From: Candidatus Omnitrophota bacterium
GTDB taxonomy: Bacteria > Omnitrophota > Gorgyraeia > Duberdicusellales > 4484-171
Direction: 5' to 3'
DNA length: 64,000 bases
NCBI GenBank assembly: GCA_021735045.1
Contig: JAIPHU010000004.1
Coordinates: 2,929 to 66,928 of the forward strand
Position 1 is the stretch's first letter; every line of letters starts with the position of its first letter. Below, in pieces: positions 1-7,150 of the stretch. The translations under genes were made by a program, and so were the position numbers. Under the pieces are notes generated by a model. That model had not been told where the DNA came from. It saw only the letters and a program-made list of their open reading frames with translations, and did not search any database.

Positions 1-197
1 CTAGGCAAGGTTTTGCTTGACGGGGTACAGGCAGGTACAGCCTTAATTAGAGATGTTTTTGTTAAAGGGTTTAAATAGTATTGGAATTATTGATTAATCT
101 TGTCCTTGTGTTATAATTTTTAAGCTATAGAAATATTAATAAGATCTCTCACCCGCTACGTGGGTTCGAGATCCGAAAAATTATTTCATAATTTTTC

Positions 198-286
198 GGA
201 GAGGTGGCAGAGTCCGGTTGAATGCGGCGGTCTTGAAAACCGTTGTGGGGTTAAACCCACCGGGGGTTCGAATCCCTCCCTCTCCG
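198..286 (+). tRNA. tRNA-Ser (anticodon UGA), class II with long variable arm
   Basis: The acceptor GGAGAGG pairs with CCTCTCC. The anticodon loop is cTTGAaa with U33, and there is a long variable stem gtgggg/ccccac. The T-loop is GGTTCGAATCC and no CCA is encoded. Confidence 0.8.
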
Positions 287-401
287 TTAAAAATTTTCTA
301 ATTTTTAACGGAGAAGTCTCACCGTCGAAACATTATTTCGACGGTGGACTCTCCGCCAAAAATTAATTAATAAGTCAGAATTATTAAAAGAGAGGTTAAA
401 A

Positions 402-1820
402 ATGAATAAATGTCACAAAAAAACAAAAGAAATTACCGAAATTATTTTAAAAGCAAAAAAGAAAGCAACTTCTGAGGTTGACACAAAAGCTGAATCAGAA
501 TTTGTAAAAAACATTAAATGGCCGGTAGATTGTGTTGTTGGGCCTGGCCTAGAAGGTGCGATTGCCTGTGAAAGCAAGGTAGGATATGTAAATGGTTCAA
601 AGGGTTGGCTTGTTTATAGGGGGTACGATATCTTTGAACTTTGTGCTCATTCCAGCTTTGAAGAAGTATCTTACCTTCTTCTTTACGGAAAATTACCTAG
701 TGAAAATCAATTTAATAAATTTAAGGAAAAATTAATAGATTATCGGAATATCCCAAAAACTATCCGACTTTTATCTAGTTTCCCGGTTCAAGAGATGAAT
801 GCGATGGGGGCGTTACGTTTGGGAACAAATTTGATGCGGCAAGAATGCACATTTGTTGACCGCGAAGAATACAAACCAGGGGTAAAAACAACAATTAGTG
901 CGGATGAAGATTCCATACCTATGGAAACTAGGCCTATGGGTGAAAGAAAAGCTATTTATTCTTTAAAAAGAGCCGAAGGCATTAAAAAACCCAGCGGTTT
1001 AAGTAAAGATCTGCATATGCCAGTAGGTTTTGAATCAGCCCTTCATCTTATCTCAGGAATTCCTACAATTGCGGGGGCTGTAGCCCGTTTAAGGGCTGGA
1101 GAGTTACCGCTTAATCCTGATCCAGAGCTTAGCCATGCTGCTAATTTAATTTATATGTTAACCGGCCGTAGGCCTAGTGCAATAGAGGAAAGAATCATGG
1201 ATATAGCACTAATTCTTCATGCAGATCATGGAATGAATGCATCTACTTTTGCCACGATGGTTGTGGCATCTACATTGTCTGACCTATATTTTGCAATTGG
1301 TTCTGGGGTTGCTGCCCTTAACGGGTCTTTGCACGGAGGGGCTAACGAGCGTGTAATAAATATGCTGGCGGAAATTGGAAGTTCAGATAATGTTAAAAAA
1401 TGGTATAAGAAAAAAAGAGAAAAAAAAGAAAAAATTAGTGGTTTTGGCCATCGGGTTTATAAGGCATATGATCCCCGAGCAAGAGTTTTAGGGCCTTTAG
1501 CTAATTTTTTAGTTAAATCGAAAAACGACTCAAAGATTAAGGATCTATTAAAAACTGCTAAAAACCTAGAAGGTGAGGTAGTCGCGAGCTTGGGTAAGGA
1601 AAAAAAGATCTTCCCTAACGTTGATTTTTATTCCGGCATTGTTTACTCTTGTCTAGATATACCAACTGAGCTTTTTACACCAATATTTGCGGTCAGTCGT
1701 GCTTCGGGTTGGACCGCAAGAGTTTTAGAATATCTTAAGAATAATCGCATTTTCCGACCCAGAGCTGTTTATTCTGGGCCTTTAGATGAAAAATATACAC
1801 CAATTAGTAAACGTAAATAA
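402..1820 (+). CDS. citrate synthase family protein (citrate or 2-methylcitrate synthase)
   Basis: The 472-aa product carries the WLVYRGYDIFEL motif and the HADHGMNASTF ... GSLHGGANE ... FGHRVYK active-site region typical of citrate synthases. It has a roughly 60-aa insertion. Confidence 0.8.
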   Translation: MNKCHKKTKEITEIILKAKKKATSEVDTKAESEFVKNIKWPVDCVVGPGLEGAIACESKVGYVNGSKGWLVYRGYDIFELCAHSSFEEVSYLLLYGKLPSENQFNKFKEKLIDYRNIPKTIRLLSSFPVQEMNAMGALRLGTNLMRQECTFVDREEYKPGVKTTISADEDSIPMETRPMGERKAIYSLKRAEGIKKPSGLSKDLHMPVGFESALHLISGIPTIAGAVARLRAGELPLNPDPELSHAANLIYMLTGRRPSAIEERIMDIALILHADHGMNASTFATMVVASTLSDLYFAIGSGVAALNGSLHGGANERVINMLAEIGSSDNVKKWYKKKREKKEKISGFGHRVYKAYDPRARVLGPLANFLVKSKNDSKIKDLLKTAKNLEGEVVASLGKEKKIFPNVDFYSGIVYSCLDIPTELFTPIFAVSRASGWTARVLEYLKNNRIFRPRAVYSGPLDEKYTPISKRK

Positions 1821-1918
1821 TTTCTTGACTAACATTTAGGAAAAACTTATAATTAAAAAAATCATCAAAATAAAGAGATAATATAGCCACGGTTAATATA
1901 GAGATACAGGGAGGCATA

Positions 1919-2104
1919 ATGGTTGAAAAAAGTTTTAAGGTTATTTCTAATTCAGAGACTCATCTTACTGCGGAACTAATTTCTGAGGCCCTTCTAAATT
2001 ACTTTACTCTAGATCCAACAAAATCTGATGTAGTTTTTGGAGTAGTTGAAGAAAAAGCCGAAACTAAAAAAAGACAAGCTGAGAAGATAAGCCTAGAAAT
2101 ATAA
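1919..2104 (+). CDS. small hypothetical protein (61 aa)
   Basis: ATG start preceded by a GGGAGG ribosome-binding site; no recognisable domain. Confidence 0.4.
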   Translation: MVEKSFKVISNSETHLTAELISEALLNYFTLDPTKSDVVFGVVEEKAETKKRQAEKISLEI

Positions 2105-2135
2105 AAGGGGATATTGAGGCAGAAGGAAAAATGAA

Positions 2136-2564
2136 ATGAAACGAATAACTCTGATCTCTATTGTTTGCTTACTGTTGTTTTCAATGGGTCTAGGAGCTCA
2201 AACAATTACCGACTCAGATTACTTAAAAAATACACTCAACTTAATTGCTGATAAAACTTTAAAGGCTTATAATCATCAAGATTACATAGCTTTTTTTAAC
2301 TATTACTCCAATTCATTAGCCCAGTTTAAAAATAAAAACTATTTTGATAATTTGTTTGTTGCAGTGTATAAAGATAATTTTGGTGATATTGTCTCTAAAA
2401 AAATTCTTTCCGAGAAGAGCTCCCTAGATCCAGATTACCCCAGACTCGTTTACAGAGCAATTTGCACAAAGTGTAAGAATGTTTTAATCACCGTAAATTT
2501 TCAAAAAGAGTCTAATACCTATCGCATTAAACGGATAACTTTTGACCGTATACCACAAATATAA
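2136..2564 (+). CDS. hypothetical secreted protein (N-terminal signal peptide)
   Basis: Hydrophobic N-terminus LISIVCLLLFSMGLGAQ; no recognisable domain. Confidence 0.5.
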   Translation: MKRITLISIVCLLLFSMGLGAQTITDSDYLKNTLNLIADKTLKAYNHQDYIAFFNYYSNSLAQFKNKNYFDNLFVAVYKDNFGDIVSKKILSEKSSLDPDYPRLVYRAICTKCKNVLITVNFQKESNTYRIKRITFDRIPQI

Positions 2565-2587
2565 GTTTATTAGTAGTTTATTAGGTT

Positions 2588-2661
2588 GCGCCCGTAGATC
2601 AATTGGATAGATCGTTTGGCTACGGACCAGAAGGTTGCAGGTTCGACTCCTGCCGGGCGCA
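2588..2661 (+). tRNA. tRNA-Arg (anticodon ACG)
   Basis: The acceptor GCGCCCG pairs with CGGGCGC. The anticodon loop is cuACGga, the T-arm is gcagg-TTCGACT-cctgc, and no CCA is encoded. Confidence 0.85.
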
Positions 2662-2663
2662 TT

Positions 2664-2756
2664 GTTCGACTCTTCCGACGCTTTGATTTTGAAAAAAATC
2701 AAAGGTCGGAATCCCGACCGAAACGAAGTGGAGCGTCGGGACTGCCGGGCGCACCA
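2664..2756 (+). repeat. duplicated tRNA-Arg 3' fragment (gttcgactc...ctgccgggcgcaCCA) interrupted by a 69-nt palindromic mini-element (2673-2741)
   Basis: Direct repeats of the tRNA T-loop and 3' acceptor sequence flank the element. The element runs TTCCGACGC...GCGTCGGGA with an internal GTCGGAATCCCGAC hairpin. Confidence 0.6.
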
Positions 2757-2764
2757 ATAAAGTC

Positions 2765-2792
2765 GATAGTCTATAGTCCATAGTCAATAGTT
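2765..2792 (+). repeat. tandem heptamer array (GATAGTC TATAGTC CATAGTC AATAGTT) just upstream of the flavodoxin ribosome-binding site
   Basis: Four consecutive NATAGTC units are visible directly in the sequence. Confidence 0.6.
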
Positions 2793-2804
2793 TAAGGAGG
2801 TTTT

Positions 2805-3278
2805 ATGAAGGTTATTGTTCTTTATTACTCACCAGGAGGAACTACCAAGAGAATAGCAGAATTAATTGCCGGGTTTCTTAAGAAGGAAAAAGTAGAGGTA
2901 GATATTGCCGATACCGGTAGCTTTGAGGCGAAAAAATTAGTTAATTATGATGGGATAATCGTTGGCTCCCCAACCTATTACGGCACATTAGCAGCTTCGG
3001 TGAAAGAACTTTTTGATCAAAGCGTGGCTTTCCACGGAAAATTAGATGGAAAGGTTGGCGCAGCATTTTCTACTTCTCGTAATTTAGCTGGCGGAAACGA
3101 AACTACTATCTTAAGTATTTTGGAAGCAATGCTTATCCACGGCATGGTCATTCAAGGTGATTTCAAGGGAGATCATTATGGCCCGGTAGCTGTAGAAAAG
3201 GTTGATTATCGGGTTGAGCAAAATTGCCAAAGAGTTACGCAGCGATTTGTAAGGCTACTAAAATTAGTTTTAAGTTAA
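2805..3278 (+). CDS. flavodoxin-like fold protein (WrbA or NAD(P)H-dependent FMN reductase-like)
   Basis: MKVIVLYYSPGGTTKRIAELIA ... GIIVGSPTYYG matches the flavodoxin-type FMN-binding pattern. An AAGGAGG ribosome-binding site precedes it. Confidence 0.7.
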   Translation: MKVIVLYYSPGGTTKRIAELIAGFLKKEKVEVDIADTGSFEAKKLVNYDGIIVGSPTYYGTLAASVKELFDQSVAFHGKLDGKVGAAFSTSRNLAGGNETTILSILEAMLIHGMVIQGDFKGDHYGPVAVEKVDYRVEQNCQRVTQRFVRLLKLVLS

Positions 3279-3302
3279 GAGTTTATATCATAGCTGTTAA
3301 TT

Positions 3303-4016
3303 ATGTTAACCGATCTATTGATAAAATTAGAAGAACTATTTAGCGTATCTCCTTTGATTGGCTTAGGAGCTAGCTTTCTAGCCGGTATTTTAGTGAGTTT
3401 TTCTCCCTGTAGTTATCCTTTAATTGCTGTTACCCTCGGGGTTATTGGCGTTACTTCCCTAGAGTCACGAGTTAAAAGTTTTTTCCTGAGTCTTTTATTT
3501 GTCTCCGGAATCATTTTCGTCTATGTAATTCTGGGTATATTTGCTTCTTTTACCGGTATTTTACTGGAAAGATTATATCTAAATCCTTTTACTTATCTGC
3601 TGCTTACACTATTTTTTCTTGTTTTTGGCTTAGCCCAATTAGATATAGTTAAATTAAAAATACCTTATTTTCATTCAGTATCACCTTTAAATAAAGAAAA
3701 AAACAAGCTATCAATATTTTTATTTGGGGTGATTTCTGGATTAGCTATAATTCCCTGCAATTTTCCGGTTTTAGGGGCTATTTTTGGTTTAATTTCTCTT
3801 AAACAGGATCTGATTTATGGATTTTTTTCTTTATTTTTGTTTTCACTTGGTTATGGTATAATTTTTCTTGTCTTGGGAGTTTTTACAACCGCTATCAGCA
3901 ATTTACCTAAATACAACCGTTGGTTTAAGATAATTAGAAAAATTTTAGGTGTTTTTTTGATCTTAATTGGCTTATTTTTCTTAACTAAAACAATATTTTT
4001 ATTTAAAGGATTATGA
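3303..4016 (+). CDS. ccdA: cytochrome c-type biogenesis / thiol-disulfide transporter CcdA (DsbD transmembrane-domain family)
   Basis: Polytopic membrane protein with the two conserved transmembrane Cys-Pro motifs, FSPCSYPL and IIPCNFPVL. Confidence 0.75.
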   Translation: MLTDLLIKLEELFSVSPLIGLGASFLAGILVSFSPCSYPLIAVTLGVIGVTSLESRVKSFFLSLLFVSGIIFVYVILGIFASFTGILLERLYLNPFTYLLLTLFFLVFGLAQLDIVKLKIPYFHSVSPLNKEKNKLSIFLFGVISGLAIIPCNFPVLGAIFGLISLKQDLIYGFFSLFLFSLGYGIIFLVLGVFTTAISNLPKYNRWFKIIRKILGVFLILIGLFFLTKTIFLFKGL

Positions 4017-4456
4017 TAAAAAGAAGTTTTTGGCTTTTAATTGTATTATTTTTTTTAACAACAGCCAGTGCAGAAACGGGTAGACTTGTTGATCTTGGGG
4101 GAAAGCTAGTTAGTTATCAAAAGATTACCTCTTCTCCTAAGACGATTCTTTTTGTTTGGACAAGTTGGTGTCCGTATTGTCAGATACAACTTGCTAAAAT
4201 ATCTAAAAGATGCTCTTATCCTGATATTAAGCTTCTCTTAGTAAACAGCGGAGAAAAGAAAAGTAGCGTCGAGCGTTTCGTAGAAAACAAAAAAGTCCCC
4301 AAGTGTGTAACCAAAAATATAATTTTAGATAAAAACTCGACTATCGCCAAAAAATTTTCTCTGTCTGGATTTCCAACTTTTATCTTTTTAAAAGATGGTA
4401 AATATTTAGCAAGATCTTATTACCTAAATAACGATTTAATTGATAAAATTTATTAA
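4013..4456 (+). CDS. TlpA/ResA-like secreted thioredoxin-fold thiol-disulfide oxidoreductase
   Basis: Signal peptide plus a WTSWCPYCQ (CxxC) thioredoxin motif. There is a 4-nt ATGA overlap with ccdA. Confidence 0.7.
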   Translation: MIKRSFWLLIVLFFLTTASAETGRLVDLGGKLVSYQKITSSPKTILFVWTSWCPYCQIQLAKISKRCSYPDIKLLLVNSGEKKSSVERFVENKKVPKCVTKNIILDKNSTIAKKFSLSGFPTFIFLKDGKYLARSYYLNNDLIDKIY

Positions 4457-4574
4457 CTAGAAAGTTATTTTAAAAAATTTTATTTTGGCTTACCAGATTT
4501 AAGTTTAGATTGACACTATATTTTTTTTGTGATATTTTACCCACCGTATTATAAAATAAAAAGATAGAGATAAA

Positions 4575-5393
4575 ATGATAAAAAAAGAAAAAACTATAGG
4601 TATAGTTGGGTTTGGCAATATGGGATCGGCCTGTGCTCAAGCTATCGCTTTATCTGATAGTTATAAAGTTTTAGTTTACGATAAAAGAAAAAGTATTAAA
4701 TATTGTTATCCTAAAGTAACTAAGGCCAAAAATCTCCCAACACTTATTAAAGAGTCTCAATTGCTTATCTTAGCAATCAAACCCAGAGACCTAGATTTAT
4801 TTTTAGAAAAAAATGCTGCTATTATCTTAGCGACTAAACCTTTATTGATTAGCATTTTAGCTGGAGTTAAGATTAAAACCATTGAAAAAAAATTACCAAA
4901 AATAAAAGTAGTAAGGGCTATGCCTAACTTGGCCGTTAAAGTTAAAGAAGCAGTAACTTTTATTACAGCTGGAAAATTGGCAAAGCAGAAAGACCTAAAA
5001 GAAATAAAAAATATATTTTCCCTGATGGGCTATGTTCTTGAAGGTAAAGAACATACTGTCGATAAGATTACTGCGCTTTCGGGAAGCGGGCCGGGTTTTG
5101 TTTATTATTTTATGAAATCCTTTTATAAAACAGCTCTAAAGATGGGTTTTAAGAAAAAGGAGGCAAAAAAGATAATAGTTCAGACCTTCCAAGGTGCTTC
5201 TAAGTTAGCTTTTGAATCTGATAAAGACTTTTCTGAGCTTCTTGATTTAGTTGCTTCACCAGGAGGAACGACTGAAGCCGGAGTTTCTTCTTTTGATAAA
5301 CTTAAGCTTTCTCAGAAAATATCTAAAGGTCTTTATGCGGCCTACAAAAAAGCAAAAAAGATATCTTTAGGTTCAACAAGGAGGAAGGGTTGA
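4575..5393 (+). CDS. proC: pyrroline-5-carboxylate reductase
   Basis: N-terminal Rossmann motif GIVGFGNMG and the ProC hallmark SPGGTTEAG near the C-terminus. Confidence 0.8.
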   Translation: MIKKEKTIGIVGFGNMGSACAQAIALSDSYKVLVYDKRKSIKYCYPKVTKAKNLPTLIKESQLLILAIKPRDLDLFLEKNAAIILATKPLLISILAGVKIKTIEKKLPKIKVVRAMPNLAVKVKEAVTFITAGKLAKQKDLKEIKNIFSLMGYVLEGKEHTVDKITALSGSGPGFVYYFMKSFYKTALKMGFKKKEAKKIIVQTFQGASKLAFESDKDFSELLDLVASPGGTTEAGVSSFDKLKLSQKISKGLYAAYKKAKKISLGSTRRKG

Positions 5394-6247
5394 AAAGATT
5401 AGGAGTCATTGGTGGAACTGGAGTTTATGACTTAGAAGGGGTTGAAGAAAAAAAAGAGATAAAGCTAGATACTCCTTTTGGTCGGCCATCATCACAGTAT
5501 ATTCTGGGTAAAATCTCCGGCAAGGAAGTTGTTTTTCTGCCTCGTCATGATCTTGGTCATAAAACTAGCCCTTCGTCTATAAACTATCAAGCTAACATAT
5601 ACGGAATGAAAAAACTGGATGTTAGCAAAATACTTTCTGTATCGGCTTGTGGCTCTCTAAATGAAAGAATAAAACCACTGGATCTTGTAATTCCAGATCA
5701 GTTTATCGACCGGACCACAAAACGCAAAAATACTTTTTTTGAAAATGGAATAGTTGCACACGTTGCCTTGGCTCATCCTATCTGTAATAGCTTGGCTAAA
5801 ATTTTAGAAAAGGCTGTAAAAGCTACGGGCTTAAAAAGTCATTTTGGTGGTACCTATCTAAATATAGAGGGGCCCCAATTCTCTACTAAAGCCGAATCAA
5901 ATCTTTATAGAAGTTGGGGGGCTGATATTATTGGTATGACTAATTTTAGCGAAGCTAGACTGGCTCGTGAAGCTGAAATTTGTTATGTTAGTTTATCGGC
6001 GGTTACTGATTTTGATTGTTGGCATCCAGATTTTGGCGAAGTTAGTATCGAAGTTATTATAAAATATCTGCAAAAAAATTGCACGAACTCTAAAAAAGTA
6101 ATTAAACAGTTTGTCGCTTTAGAAGATCCCGAAGCAGACTGTGACTGTCACCATGCTCTAAAAAATACTATAGTTACAAAACCAGAGGTTATTTCAAAGC
6201 AAACAAAAGAAAAACTTAATATCTTAATCAAAAAATATATAAAATGA
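5390..6247 (+). CDS. mtnP: S-methyl-5'-thioadenosine phosphorylase / purine nucleoside phosphorylase family 2
   Basis: GVIGGTGVYDL N-terminus, a GMTNFSEARLAREAEICY core and a C-terminal Cys-rich tail typical of MTAP-like enzymes. Confidence 0.7.
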   Translation: MKRLGVIGGTGVYDLEGVEEKKEIKLDTPFGRPSSQYILGKISGKEVVFLPRHDLGHKTSPSSINYQANIYGMKKLDVSKILSVSACGSLNERIKPLDLVIPDQFIDRTTKRKNTFFENGIVAHVALAHPICNSLAKILEKAVKATGLKSHFGGTYLNIEGPQFSTKAESNLYRSWGADIIGMTNFSEARLAREAEICYVSLSAVTDFDCWHPDFGEVSIEVIIKYLQKNCTNSKKVIKQFVALEDPEADCDCHHALKNTIVTKPEVISKQTKEKLNILIKKYIK

Positions 6248-7149
6248 GCATAATTGTTGTTGGTTCTGTTGGCCTAGATTCAGTAAAAACTCCATTTGGC
6301 ACTGCAAAAAATGTGTTAGGTGGTTCAGCTAGTTATTTTTCTCATGCAGCTAGCTTATTTTCCCAGGTCAATCTAATTGCAACTGTTGGTAATAATTTTC
6401 CTAAAAAATATATAAAACTGTTTAATCAAAGAAATATAAGGCTAGATGGTCTTAAGCAGGTCGCCGGTAAAACTTTTAGCTGGTCTGGCCAGTATAGCTG
6501 GAATATGGCAGATCCTAAAACTATTTCGACTGAGCTGGGTGTCTTTGCTAACTTTCGCCCTAAGCTGCCAGCTCAATATAAGAAAAGTAAGCATATATTT
6601 TTAGCAAATATTGATCCTGAGCTGCAAAAAAATGTATTAGGACAAATCAAAGGCAGAGGATCGAAAATTATTGGTTGTGATACAATGGATTTTTGGATCC
6701 AAAACAAAAAAAAGAAATTATTGAACTTATTGAAAGATATCGATATATTTTTTATCAATGAATCTGAAGCCCGTCAATTAACCCAAGAGCCGAATCTGCT
6801 TAAAGCAGCTCGAGCCATATTAAAGTTTGGGCCAAAAAAAATATTTATAAAGCGCGGCGAGCATGGGGTTTTATTGGTTTCAGGAAAACATTTATTTACT
6901 GCTCCAGCCTATTTGATGGAATCGGTAGTTGACCCTACTGGCGCTGGAGATACTTTTGCCGGCGGGGTTATGGGATATTTGGCAATGACAAAAAGTAAAA
7001 GCATAGATACTTTAAGAAAAGCAGCGATCTATGGTACAATTATGGCAACTTTTGCAGTAGAGGATTTTAGTCTAGAAGGTCTAAAAAAGGTTAGTTCAAT
7101 TAAACTAAAAACGAGAATGAAAAAATTTAGAAAATTAGTTTCGTTTTAA
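6244..7149 (+). CDS. PfkB-family carbohydrate/nucleoside kinase (ribokinase-like)
   Basis: N-terminal GSVGLD motif and the PfkB signature DPTGAGDTFAGG. Confidence 0.7.
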   Translation: MSIIVVGSVGLDSVKTPFGTAKNVLGGSASYFSHAASLFSQVNLIATVGNNFPKKYIKLFNQRNIRLDGLKQVAGKTFSWSGQYSWNMADPKTISTELGVFANFRPKLPAQYKKSKHIFLANIDPELQKNVLGQIKGRGSKIIGCDTMDFWIQNKKKKLLNLLKDIDIFFINESEARQLTQEPNLLKAARAILKFGPKKIFIKRGEHGVLLVSGKHLFTAPAYLMESVVDPTGAGDTFAGGVMGYLAMTKSKSIDTLRKAAIYGTIMATFAVEDFSLEGLKKVSSIKLKTRMKKFRKLVSF

Positions 7150-7150
7150 T

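Noticed and set aside
140-180. tRNA-like T-arm fragment GTGGGTTCGAGATCC upstream of tRNA-Ser
   Set aside because: The T-loop has an extra base, and no acceptor, D or anticodon arms can be built. It is possibly a decayed tRNA remnant but is unsupported.
160-366. 68-aa + strand ORF
   Set aside because: It is entirely superimposed on tRNA-Ser (198-286) and the hairpin that follows, and it has no ribosome-binding site. I treat it as spurious.
2484-2702. 72-aa minus-strand ORF
   Set aside because: It is the antisense of tRNA-Arg and the mini-element. I treat it as spurious.
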